Numbered from the stretch's first letter, positions 9,818-19,127 are shown. The stretch is DNA of 35,922 nt from Anaerolineae bacterium (GCA_029262755.1 JAJCYU010000306.1:1-35922); one strand, 5' to 3'. Translations and numbers: made by a program. Notes: generated from the letters alone by a model not told the origin.

Positions 9818-11668
9818 ATGAACACAGACCTCTACGACTACTACGTATCGCAGGACGGCGTCTTTACGATCCCGATCGAGGCGCTCACGCCGACCGGAAT
9901 GGACGCGGATCTCGCCGCTGCGCTTCAGGCGCAGGGGATCGTCGACGCAGCGTGGGTGGAGCGCTTCGATGCGGCCTTCGCGACCTATTGGGAGCGGGCG
10001 ACTGCGCTGGCGAGCGCATCGCCCCAGTACTGGTTTCCGCCACGCGTGCAGCACGTGTGCGTGGTCACGGCGCCCGATGTCATTCGGCCGTACTTCCAGC
10101 CCTTTCACCGCAACTCGTGGCTGCTCTACGCGTCGGACTTCGACCCCGAAACGTCCTCGGTTGAGCTGGGCGCGTACCACTTCCTGCACGTCGAGCGCAT
10201 GGCGCTCATGCAAGAGCTCGAACCGGTGCTCGTGACGAACTTGAGCTATTTCCTCAGCCTAGACGAAGCGGCACTGGCCGACTTTGAGGCAGGCTGCCGA
10301 CGCTGCGTTCGGCCGGATGCCCCGGCCTTTCACGCGCTGGCCGACGCCCTGCCGTGGGTACGCACGCTGCATCACGTCGAGCTTCGCCTACCGGAGGGCG
10401 AGTTGGAGCAGGCCGGTGTATTGCCCGGCACCGGCCTCATTCTCACACCGGAGGACCACGCGCCGCTCGAGGCACTCCAGGCGGTTTGGCTCGCGGCCGC
10501 ATCCGACTGCTTCGAGCGCCACCGGGCTGTGCATGGAGCTCCGGGAGCGGGAACGGATGCGGAGAGCGATGTCGGGATGGGGCCGGGAGCGGCCACCGAC
10601 TCTGGCGCGAAGTCGGACGCGCGTGCCGAAACGGGCTTGCGACCGGTTTCGCGGATCGATTCCGGCGACGCGACCGAGTTCAGCCAGACGCCGGCACCCG
10701 AGCGCTCGGCCGGATCGAGGATCGTCGCGTGGCTGGCCGAGACGCGGCCGCCGCTGCTCGTCACGGGCGAGGAGTGGTCCACGCTGTGGGATCCCGCCGC
10801 GCCGGAGGACACGCAGGCCGTGCGCGACGCGCTTGCCGGCGCAACGGCCTCCGGCGAGGACGGCATCCTGGCCGATCTCGAGGTGGTCGCCCGGTGCTCC
10901 CGCCGCTTTCTGGGCGCGCTCACGGCGCCCGATGAGCTTGTCGATCCGGCGTCGTATATCACCGAAGGCGGGCTGAGCTACATCCACAAGCAGCGCAAGC
11001 TCATCGCTTACCACATCGGGCCCGGCGAGAACGAAGGGCGGCTGTGGCAACCTTCACCGCCCTATGAGCGCTTCATGCTCGCGGCGCGCACGATTCATGA
11101 ATGGGGTCACCTGGCCGCAGAGTCGGGCTGGATTCCGGTGCCGGCCCATCGCGAAGCCGAACGCGACGCCGCGCGCGCGGACCTGGTGGCACTGCTCGAG
11201 TCGATCTACGACACCGCGCCGGAGGCCGTGCAGCGCCAGGCCGCGGACGAGGCGGCCGAGATGAAGGCCAAGCACGGCAGCTTCGGCAAGGCCTTGCTCA
11301 AACGCATGAACGTCCGCATCGAGGATTACGAGGCCAACCTGCTTGCCCGGCGCTTCCTGCACCCGCACGAGATGGACACCTACGTGCGCAACAACGTCGC
11401 CTGGCAGGCGCCCGAGCAAGGCACCGGCGCGATCTACCACCAGCTGACCCGCCATGCCTACGAGGTCCAGTACCTCGGCCTCAGCCGCATCCCCGATCCC
11501 CTCAGCTGGCTCATGAAGAGCACCTGGTTCGAGGCGCGCTTCCTGCGCACGGGTGTGGTCACGCAGGCCCTATTCGAGCGTCTCGTCGCCACCATCGGCG
11601 CGATCTGCGCCTGCTACGAGATCGACGAGACGAAGTTCGAATTCGCGGGGACCGTAGACGCCTCCTAA
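9818..11668 (+). CDS. Hypothetical protein with HExxH zinc-metallopeptidase-like motif
   Basis: Long GC3-biased ORF with TIHEWGH and a downstream IEDYEAN. Low-complexity linker in the middle. Start is ATG 9818 or 9809. Confidence 0.75.
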   Translation: MNTDLYDYYVSQDGVFTIPIEALTPTGMDADLAAALQAQGIVDAAWVERFDAAFATYWERATALASASPQYWFPPRVQHVCVVTAPDVIRPYFQPFHRNSWLLYASDFDPETSSVELGAYHFLHVERMALMQELEPVLVTNLSYFLSLDEAALADFEAGCRRCVRPDAPAFHALADALPWVRTLHHVELRLPEGELEQAGVLPGTGLILTPEDHAPLEALQAVWLAAASDCFERHRAVHGAPGAGTDAESDVGMGPGAATDSGAKSDARAETGLRPVSRIDSGDATEFSQTPAPERSAGSRIVAWLAETRPPLLVTGEEWSTLWDPAAPEDTQAVRDALAGATASGEDGILADLEVVARCSRRFLGALTAPDELVDPASYITEGGLSYIHKQRKLIAYHIGPGENEGRLWQPSPPYERFMLAARTIHEWGHLAAESGWIPVPAHREAERDAARADLVALLESIYDTAPEAVQRQAADEAAEMKAKHGSFGKALLKRMNVRIEDYEANLLARRFLHPHEMDTYVRNNVAWQAPEQGTGAIYHQLTRHAYEVQYLGLSRIPDPLSWLMKSTWFEARFLRTGVVTQALFERLVATIGAICACYEIDETKFEFAGTVDAS

Positions 11669-11719
11669 GGGATCGACCGACCTACGTTGGCGACCCAATT
11701 CTTCGCCCCGCAGTAGCGC

Positions 11720-11758
11720 CAGAGCGGCGACGGACACGCCGTCGCCGCTCTGTCTTCT
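11720..11758 (+). terminator. Rho-independent terminator
   Basis: 14-bp stem CAGAGCGGCGACGG / CCGTCGCCGCTCTG with a 5-nt loop, followed by TCTTCT, about 50 nt after the 11668 stop. Confidence 0.7.
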
Positions 11759-11801
11759 CGCGCAGGTCATGAGCGCTGTTCGAGCGCTCTTCGACCCTGC
11801 C

Positions 11802-11847
11802 CTGTGTCATCGCGACGGGACGCGCTCCCGCCCCGTCGCGAACACAG
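11802..11847 (-). terminator. Stem-loop immediately after the second VWA gene stop
   Basis: CTGTGT-CA-TCGCGACGGG ... CCCGTCGCGA-ACACAG inverted repeat adjacent to the stop at 11850. No strong U-tract. Confidence 0.45.
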
Positions 11848-11849
11848 TG

Positions 11850-13736
11850 CTAGTCCCTTGGGATCTTCGGGCACTCCACGATCTTGCCCGCGATCTGGCG
11901 GTAGATGGCTTGCAGATCCTCGCCGTCCGGCGCGAAGAAGAAGTCCGTGGACTCCGTAGCCGCGTCGGAGAGCAACGACATCAGCAGATCGTCCGGTAGA
12001 CCCAGACCGATCGTGAAGACGCGCGTGTCGGCCTCCTTGGCCGCCGTTGCGAACTTCAGCACCGTGCATTCCTGATTCGGACACTCGGGATGCGCGCTAC
12101 CATCGCCAAAGGGCACCCGGTTGGGCAAGCCGTCCGTGAGCAGGATCATCACCCCGGCGTTGTCCGCGATGCGCGGGCCGGCGTCCAGCACGGCCTGACC
12201 CTGCTGCAACGCGAGGTCCAGCCGCGTACCCTGCGCCACACCGTCCACGAGGCTCTCAAGCCCGGCGTTGGCTGCCGCGCGGTCATGGCCCATCGGGAAG
12301 GCCGTCCAGGCCGTGTCGTTGAAGCCGACGATGCCGACTTGATCGCGACCCAGATCGCCGCCCTCCAAGTCGAGCTGGTCGATGAACTGACCGGCCGCCC
12401 GAAGCGCGTCGTCGAGCTTCACACCGCTGCGCGTCTCGCGATACATGGAGGTCGACATGTCGAGCACCAGCACGACGTCGGCGTAGACTGACTCGGGCAC
12501 GCACTCTTCGTTCATGATCATCGGGATGTAGATGGGGCCCGGCGTCGGGGTCGGTGTTGGCGTCGGCGTCGATGTGTTGGTCGGCGTCGGCTCCGGCGTG
12601 TCGGTTGGGACAGGCGTTGGGGTTGCGGATGGCGGTGGCGGCGTGAAACACGGCACCGTGAGCGTGATCGTCGTGGGATCCAGCTCCGACTCTTGAACCT
12701 TGCGGCCGCTGTCGGTGACCTGCATCCCGCCCTGAATCTCGTAGACGCCCAGCGGTTCCGCGCGCACCTCGTAGGAGATCGCGACGGATTCTCCCGCCTC
12801 GATGTCTTCCCACAGCCAGCGGAGCGTCGTCGACATCCCCTCGCCGCCATCCACCTCGGAAGGCGCGGGGTCCAGGGATCCGTCGACGATCGTAAGCTCG
12901 GGCGGCAGGACTTGTGTCAGGCTCATCTCGCGCAGCCCGATGTCGTCTTGGAAGGCCTGAACCTCATAGCGCACGTAGTTGCGCATCCGGTTGTCGTGCG
13001 CTTCGGAGTAGTAGCGCCGTGGGTCGGGCATCTTCTTGGTGGCTTGGCAATAGTCGGCGTTCGTCTCCGGGCAGCCGGCGATCAGCGTAATGTCGTCGCG
13101 CGTGATCATGCGCGCCGCGCTCAACATGTTGCGCTCGTCCTCGACAAAGATGCTCTTCGTGCTGGCGAAGAAGATCACCATCTCGCAAGGCTCTTCCGCA
13201 TGCTTGCGGCGCTCCGTCTCCAGTTCCTTGAGTGCCGCGCGCGCCGCACCTTCGAAGTCACCATGCGGATCGTGGCCGAATACAGGTCGCCGCAGCGCGG
13301 ACCGCGCCGTGGACAATCGGTCCGTCATGCGGGTCTCGACCTTGACCGTGTTGCTGTCGTAGCTGATGACGGCGACGCGGACATCCATGCCCTTGATGCG
13401 CTCGATCTCCTGGAACGCGTTGACGGACTCCTGCACCATCCAATCGGCCTGGAAGGCCTTGTTGACCTGAATGAAGACGATGTTCAGCCCGCCTGGGCAG
13501 ACTGGGCATTGCGGCACGGCCTCCACCATCACGCGCTGCGCGCATGCGATCTCCGTGTCGGTTATCGCGGTGTCGGCATAGCCCTGACAGCCCGCATCGC
13601 GCGAGTTGCCCTGCGCTTCGGGTCGGGCCTCGACGGTACTGGAAGTGGGCGTTGCTATGCCCAAAACGAAGGCGACGGCGGCCAGGAACAGGCCGGCCAC
13701 CATGGCGGATAGAAAGCGACGTGTCGTACCGGTCAT
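11850..13736 (-). CDS. Secreted double-VWA protein (paralogue of 3292-5130; first VWA degenerate)
   Basis: GGAGGAG RBS and signal peptide. C-terminal VWA has DMSTS...GTRLD...LTDG; N-terminal VWA-like region lacks DxSxS. PT linker plus GPIYIPMIMNEEC. Confidence 0.88.
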   Translation of the reverse strand: MTGTTRRFLSAMVAGLFLAAVAFVLGIATPTSSTVEARPEAQGNSRDAGCQGYADTAITDTEIACAQRVMVEAVPQCPVCPGGLNIVFIQVNKAFQADWMVQESVNAFQEIERIKGMDVRVAVISYDSNTVKVETRMTDRLSTARSALRRPVFGHDPHGDFEGAARAALKELETERRKHAEEPCEMVIFFASTKSIFVEDERNMLSAARMITRDDITLIAGCPETNADYCQATKKMPDPRRYYSEAHDNRMRNYVRYEVQAFQDDIGLREMSLTQVLPPELTIVDGSLDPAPSEVDGGEGMSTTLRWLWEDIEAGESVAISYEVRAEPLGVYEIQGGMQVTDSGRKVQESELDPTTITLTVPCFTPPPPSATPTPVPTDTPEPTPTNTSTPTPTPTPTPGPIYIPMIMNEECVPESVYADVVLVLDMSTSMYRETRSGVKLDDALRAAGQFIDQLDLEGGDLGRDQVGIVGFNDTAWTAFPMGHDRAAANAGLESLVDGVAQGTRLDLALQQGQAVLDAGPRIADNAGVMILLTDGLPNRVPFGDGSAHPECPNQECTVLKFATAAKEADTRVFTIGLGLPDDLLMSLLSDAATESTDFFFAPDGEDLQAIYRQIAGKIVECPKIPRD

Positions 13737-13809
13737 ACGAGTACTCCTCCCTCGGTTTCCCGTTGCCGCGCAGGGTCTGGAGGACGCCGCACGGATGCTG
13801 TCGGCGCAG

Positions 13810-15501
13810 TTAGTCGGCGCTCAGCGCGTGATTGCGCAGGCCTAGGGGCAGGTAGATCGCTACGGGAGGATTCCCCGGAATCTCGGTAGCGATCGGCGTT
13901 TGCGGCGTCGCGGTCGGCGACGGAGTCGGCGCATTGGGGGTCGCTGTTGCCTCAACGCCCGCTGTCGGCGTCGGTGAGGGCAATGTCGCCGGAGGCAGAA
14001 GCGGGCCGAAGACGAGCTCGACGCGGCCGGCGAACTCGTCGCCGTCTGGACTGCTGGCCGCGTCCCGCGAAAGGACTACATCGTCGACGCCATCGCCGTT
14101 CATGTCGTGGACGAACCATTCGGCCTGGTCGTGCTCCAGGGGCACCTCGAACACGGCGTCGCCCAACGTCGAGCCCTTCTTGTCACCCACGGCGACCGTG
14201 TCCCCGACGATGGGGCCGCGCAGCGCCGCGTAGCGATACGGGACCTCGTCCCCCGCGCGGTGGGGCAGCTCGAAGACCAGATCGAGCGTGCCGTCCGCGT
14301 CCAGGTCTCCGGCGGCGTAGTACATCTCGTCGACGAAGCGCAGCGGGCAGGCGGCGGCGGACGCGTTTGCCGGCATCGAAAGAGCGGCGGACCAAGCGCA
14401 GTAGCCCGCGATCTGGTGGCCCACACCGTATTCGAAGACCGCTTCGAGCGCACCGTCGCCGTCGAGGTCGCGGGCGTCGACGGCGCGCACGCCGCCGCGC
14501 TCCACGTCGTGAGTGAAGCGCATATCGGCCGCGTCGGCTACGTCGGCCTTGGACGGCCAATCATCGCGGCCACGTAAGAGGGCGGCGTAGCTGCCTCCGA
14601 ATTGGGTCAGGTCGGAACCCGTCACGAGGACGTCATCGACGCCGTCACCGTCAAAGTCGCCCGCGAAGGCCTGGAAGCAGCCCATGGCTAGCCCCGCCTC
14701 CCCCGTGAGCACGACGTGCGCGGCACCGCCGCGAAGGCTGATATTTTCCGGGCCGTCCTCGGGGGACAGGTAGAGGCGCAGGGTGCCGGTTTGGCCTTCT
14801 TCGAACTCCTGCCCGCGCTCCACGTGGCACGACACGATGGCGATGTCTTGGTCGCCGTCGCCGTCGAAGTCGCCGGCAAGGACCTGCTCCGCCATCGGGT
14901 TCCGTTCGGCCAGATGCGGCTCTTGGGGAACCTGGTCCTGCGTGATCGAGAACGCGCCCCGGACACGTTTGATGTCGGGCGTCGACCAATCCGAGCCACC
15001 GAGATAGACCTTGATCTCTTCCTTGCGCACTTCCGATGCGCTTCGGGTCTGTTCGAAGGCCGCCAAGTCTTCGATCCCGTCTCCATCGGCGTCGAAGAAG
15101 GCGCGGAAGCCGTAGAACGATGCTCCGTCGCGGCTGCTCATGTCGTTGCCGATGGTCGGCAGGCCGAGCGACTCCATCCCCTCGATGTCGCCTAGACCGA
15201 CCGGCTCCGCCGGCCAATCGGCGCGCCCGAACAGGATGTCTTGCCGATCCTGCTGGACGCCGCGCAGCCGGACGGCGTAGTCGAGCAGCGCGTCGGCCGC
15301 GCCGTCAGCGTTGACGTCGGCCACCGCGCGCACGGCGAGGTAGGTATTCTCCGCGGGGCCATACAGCACGACGTCCGGCACCAGCGCGATGCCGGCCTCC
15401 GGGGCCGCGGCGAGTGGGCTCGCCGCGTGGCGGCGATCCACGGATAGCACGAACGACGCGGACAGGGCGACGAGCGCGATCACGAGGTTCGCTCGTCGCA
15501 T
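13810..15501 (-). CDS. Secreted FG-GAP / integrin-alpha-like repeat protein with PT linker and AIYLP tail
   Basis: Start re-called at ATG 15501 (MRRANLVIALVAL signal peptide). Repeats ADVNADG, GDFDGDG, GDLDADG, DMNGDG and AGRVELVFG; ends AIYLPLGLRNHALSAD. Confidence 0.82.
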   Translation of the reverse strand: MRRANLVIALVALSASFVLSVDRRHAASPLAAAPEAGIALVPDVVLYGPAENTYLAVRAVADVNADGAADALLDYAVRLRGVQQDRQDILFGRADWPAEPVGLGDIEGMESLGLPTIGNDMSSRDGASFYGFRAFFDADGDGIEDLAAFEQTRSASEVRKEEIKVYLGGSDWSTPDIKRVRGAFSITQDQVPQEPHLAERNPMAEQVLAGDFDGDGDQDIAIVSCHVERGQEFEEGQTGTLRLYLSPEDGPENISLRGGAAHVVLTGEAGLAMGCFQAFAGDFDGDGVDDVLVTGSDLTQFGGSYAALLRGRDDWPSKADVADAADMRFTHDVERGGVRAVDARDLDGDGALEAVFEYGVGHQIAGYCAWSAALSMPANASAAACPLRFVDEMYYAAGDLDADGTLDLVFELPHRAGDEVPYRYAALRGPIVGDTVAVGDKKGSTLGDAVFEVPLEHDQAEWFVHDMNGDGVDDVVLSRDAASSPDGDEFAGRVELVFGPLLPPATLPSPTPTAGVEATATPNAPTPSPTATPQTPIATEIPGNPPVAIYLPLGLRNHALSAD

Positions 15502-15798
15502 GCCCGCTTGACCGATGACGCATGGCAAGGACCACGGCCCAAACAGCGACCGCGTCATCCTCGCCCATTGAAACCGGGGCGAGAGCAAGTGGCGCATGGC
15601 AGTTCCGGCGCAATTCGGGCGACCTAGGCCTCCGCCCCACGATGGGGGGATCAGACCGCCGTTTCGGGACCCGCGCAATCCGTACAACCCGCGCACCTTA
15701 TCATTTTGGACACCCTGTCGCAACGAAATGTGCTTCGCTTCGAGCGCGCACGCCGTGTAGCCTTCCCGGGAGTCACGTCCACTCCATCTCGAGGCCGC

Positions 15799-17247
15799 AT
15801 GATCGATCCTTCGACGTCCCCGTCCGAACGAACCCCTGTCGTCGTCAACCGCGACATCCTGGCTATGGAATACGCGGTGCGCGGTGCGATACCCGCTCGC
15901 GCGGCCGCCATGGCTGCCGCGGGCCGGCACGTGATCTGGTGCAACATCGGCAACCCGCAGGCTCTGGGCCAGCGGCCGATCACGTGGTATCGCCAGGTAC
16001 TCAGCGTCGCGGAAGACCACGCGCGCCTGGCTCGCGAGCGCACGTGGGCGGCGCAGCCGTCGCCGGCTCCCGACTTCTTCGCGCTCCCGGACGACGTCCT
16101 GGACACGGCCGCGCACTTCCTGGACGCGATCGGCACGGGGATGGGCGCCTATACCGACAGCACCGGCCCCCGCTTCATTCGCGAGGCGATCGCCGCCTTC
16201 ATCGACGCCCGCGACAACGTGACGCCGGAGCACGGGCTGCCCGCCGACCCGGACCAGATCTTCCTGACCAACGGCGCAAGCGAAGGCGCCAAGTACCTCC
16301 TCGAGATGCTGATCGACGATCCGGCGGATGGCATTCTGATCCCCGTTCCGCAATACCCGCTCTACTCGGCGAGCATCCGCAAGGCGGGCGGAGCCCAGGT
16401 CGATTACGTGCTGGACGAGGAGGGCGGCTGGACCGTCAGCCGCACCTTGCTCGACAAGGCTATGGCCGACGCCGCGCGGCGCGGGGTCCGGGTCAAGGCC
16501 ATGGTGGTGATCAACCCCGGCAACCCCACGGGCGGGGTGATGGATGAAGAGACGATCGAGACGGTGATCGCCTTCGCCGCCGAGCACGAGCTCATCTTGA
16601 TCGCCGATGAGGTCTACCAAGAGAACACCTACGGCGCGCCGTTCCAGTCCTTCGCGAAGGTCCTCGGACGGCGCGCCGTGCCGCTTGCGAGCTTGCACAG
16701 CACATCGAAGGGCTTCATCGGCGAGTGCGGGCATCGGGGCGGTTATCTGGAGATGCGCAATCCACCGCTCGTCGCCGGAAGCGACACAGGCTTCTCGGAC
16801 GTGCTGCGCAAGCTCGCGTCGGTCAGCCTCTGCCCGAATACCGGCGGCCAGCTACTCACGTGGCTCATGGTGAGCCCGCCGGCAGAAGGCGCGCCTTCCC
16901 ACGCCGGCTTCGTGGCCGAGCGCACACATATCCTCGACGAGCTACACGACAAGGCGATCCGGATTCGCGACGCCCTGCACGAGATGGAGGGCGTGCGCTG
17001 CTTCGGCCGGACCGGAGCGATGTACCTCTTCCCGCGGCTCGACACGCTGCCGGAGGGCACGTCGGACTTCGACTACTGCATGCGCCTGTTGGAGGAGACC
17101 GGACTCTGCACGGTCAACGGCGCGGGCTTCGGCCAGGCTGCCGGCACCCAGCATCTGCGGATCGCATTCCTGCCGCCCAAGGAAATGCTGGACGAAGTCC
17201 TGCCGGAGTGGGTGCGCTTCCACAATGACTACGTGGGCGCACGCTAG
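15799..17247 (+). CDS. PLP-dependent class I/II aminotransferase, alanine aminotransferase (GPT/AlaAT eukaryote-like subfamily)
   Basis: Motifs MEYAVRG, CNIGNPQALGQRPITWYRQVLS, GAYTDS.G, LTNGASEG, PVPQYPLYSA, INPGNPTG, ADEVYQEN and HSTSKG(PLP Lys)..GECGHRGGY. Start ATG 15799 after GAGG. Confidence 0.9.
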   Translation: MIDPSTSPSERTPVVVNRDILAMEYAVRGAIPARAAAMAAAGRHVIWCNIGNPQALGQRPITWYRQVLSVAEDHARLARERTWAAQPSPAPDFFALPDDVLDTAAHFLDAIGTGMGAYTDSTGPRFIREAIAAFIDARDNVTPEHGLPADPDQIFLTNGASEGAKYLLEMLIDDPADGILIPVPQYPLYSASIRKAGGAQVDYVLDEEGGWTVSRTLLDKAMADAARRGVRVKAMVVINPGNPTGGVMDEETIETVIAFAAEHELILIADEVYQENTYGAPFQSFAKVLGRRAVPLASLHSTSKGFIGECGHRGGYLEMRNPPLVAGSDTGFSDVLRKLASVSLCPNTGGQLLTWLMVSPPAEGAPSHAGFVAERTHILDELHDKAIRIRDALHEMEGVRCFGRTGAMYLFPRLDTLPEGTSDFDYCMRLLEETGLCTVNGAGFGQAAGTQHLRIAFLPPKEMLDEVLPEWVRFHNDYVGAR

Positions 17248-18092
17248 CGCCCCTTCCCACCCCGCTCCCGCTCCGTGAAGCGCGACACCACCAGCCGCGC
17301 GAGCGCGTCCACGTCCGTGCGCTCCAATGGATGCGGCGTCGCGGGCAGCACCGCGAAAGCGCCCGCCGGCAGCGCCTCGAAGGCCGCCATGCACTCCTCG
17401 AAGCCGACCGTCCCATCACGGTCGCCGACGCCGATGCACACCGGCTGCGCGATCTCGGCGAAGGCCGTCGCGTCCAGCAGGGGCCGCTCGCCCAGCCCGC
17501 GCAACAGAGCCGCCGTCTCGGCGCATAGCGCGCGCCAACGCGGCTCACCGTGGCGCTGGGCAAGGCTCCCGGCAAAGCGCGGCACCTTTGCCTCGATGGC
17601 CTCGGGGTCCAAGAGCCTCGTCTCGCGCTCCGCCGTCTCCGGATCCCACGCCAGCTTGGTGCCCAGCGTGACGATCCGCCGAACCAGCTCCGGCCGCGTG
17701 CGTGCCAGGTGCAGCGCAACGTAGCCGCCCATGCTATAGCCGAAGATATCGACGCCGTGCCACGCGTCCGCATCGAGCCGCGCGGCCACCTCGCCCGCCA
17801 TCCGCTCGATGGACAGGGGCGGCGCATCGGAGGACGAGGGCGTGCGCCCGTGCCCGGCGAATTCGTGCAGCATCACCGGCGATGCCGCGGCGTCGATGCC
17901 CGCTTCGGTGCGCATCGCGACAAGCGCCGCCTGTAGCGGCGCGAGCGTCTCCGCGGCGCCGAGCGCCCCGTGGAGCAGGAGGACAGGAGGGTCGAGCACG
18001 CCGGAATGCGGCGCGGCAGCGGGTGCTTTGGGAGCTACAGAGGACGACTTGTGGGAAGCCTTGAGGGACGAACTGTGAGAGGGACTAGGCAC
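17244..18092 (-). CDS. Alpha/beta-fold hydrolase
   Basis: LLHGALG oxyanion region, GHG, nucleophile elbow GYSMGG, GDRD and TPHP. Start re-called at GTG 18092 (AAGGAG RBS; TACAAT -10-like box upstream). Confidence 0.85.
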   Translation of the reverse strand: MPSPSHSSSLKASHKSSSVAPKAPAAAPHSGVLDPPVLLLHGALGAAETLAPLQAALVAMRTEAGIDAAASPVMLHEFAGHGRTPSSSDAPPLSIERMAGEVAARLDADAWHGVDIFGYSMGGYVALHLARTRPELVRRIVTLGTKLAWDPETAERETRLLDPEAIEAKVPRFAGSLAQRHGEPRWRALCAETAALLRGLGERPLLDATAFAEIAQPVCIGVGDRDGTVGFEECMAAFEALPAGAFAVLPATPHPLERTDVDALARLVVSRFTERERGGKGR

Positions 18093-18346
18093 GGGTACTC
18101 CTTGGGGGATCGTCGCCGGCATTGTACCGGACCGCCCGGGTGCGGAGAGGCCACATGTCGCTCAAGGGGGTTGACATTCGGCCAGCATTCCGGCTCCTTG
18201 GAGGTCGCGCGCTCTACGGTCAGCACGAGCCTGAAGGAGTCTCAGGGCTGGATGTTGGACAAGATCAGCCACAAGCTCGGCGATCGGCGCGATCATTTCT
18301 CCACCGTGAGCGATGTCTGGCGGGTGGCCGCGGCCTCCCCATCTGC

Positions 18347-18820
18347 TCACGCTTCCACAATCCACGTGCTCGGATCGGCCACGTACTCCAGCTTGCGGGC
18401 GCGGTTCAGGCGCTTGAAGGCGTGCTCGGCGCGCGAGGCGCCCGCACGATCGGCGTAGGGCCAGTCCGCGACACAGGTCAGCGGTCCTCGGCCGCGTGTA
18501 TAGCGCGCCCCGCGGCCTTCGCGATGGGCGGCGATCCGCCGCGACAGGTCATTCGTGATGCCGGCGTATAGGCTACCGTCGCCACAGCGCAGGACGTAGA
18601 GGCGCCAGCCGTGGGTGGAGGCGTCCACCGTCGGAATCTCCGTTGCAGATGCGTCTGCCGCAGATGCGTCTGACGGCGATGCGTCCACCACCGTCGATAT
18701 CTCCTCCGCAGCTGCATCCACCGCTGAGGCGTTCACCTCGGAACACCGCGACCGCGCCGAGGCCGGCGACCCGGGCAGCGGCGCTTCCAGTGGCGTGGAT
18801 GTAGACGAGGACCTCGGCAT
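18347..18820 (-). CDS. GIY-YIG nuclease family protein (UPF0213/YazA-YhbQ-like) with low-complexity N-terminal extension
   Basis: LYVLRCGDGSLYAGITNDLSRR..AH..GRGARYTRGRGP...ASRAE..FKRL motif. AAGGA RBS before ATG 18820; the exact start is uncertain. Confidence 0.85.
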   Translation of the reverse strand: MPRSSSTSTPLEAPLPGSPASARSRCSEVNASAVDAAAEEISTVVDASPSDASAADASATEIPTVDASTHGWRLYVLRCGDGSLYAGITNDLSRRIAAHREGRGARYTRGRGPLTCVADWPYADRAGASRAEHAFKRLNRARKLEYVADPSTWIVEA

Positions 18821-19127
18821 GACATTCCTTCAAGGACACGATCACGGACCAGGCACGGTCTCGTCGGTCGGATGGCACGAGAGGATGCCACCCGGCGCTC
18901 AGATCGCCCCGTGCACGTGCCTCGCGACGCGACGCGGGCGATGGACCCGACGCCGCTCTGGTGCCGCCTTCGGGCCGCTGCTAGCATGGCGCGACGCCCG
19001 ATGTAGACCATGGCGCACGGCAAGCTAGCGCTTTGCCGAGCCGCCTGCCGGCCCGTCGGGACCGTCCGTCGAGACCGCGCTGCACGTTCGCTCAAGCCTA
19101 CCCGTCCCCCGCCCCAAGGCCTACTCC

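Noticed and set aside
3292..13736. VWA proteins as NorD-type assembly factors for the NOR-like enzyme
   Set aside because: Both have signal peptides and adhesin-like architecture, and no MoxR/NorQ ATPase is in the window.
15502..16734. N-terminal 411 codons of the 974-aa ORF
   Set aside because: Mostly antisense to the alanine aminotransferase. The real FG-GAP protein starts with a signal peptide at 15501.
18171..18346. TTGACA box and a coding-looking plus-strand stretch (..GWMLDKISHKLGDRRDHFSTV..)
   Set aside because: No -10 box at 16-18 nt spacing, no clear start or RBS, and no recognisable family. It could be a gene remnant but I cannot support that.
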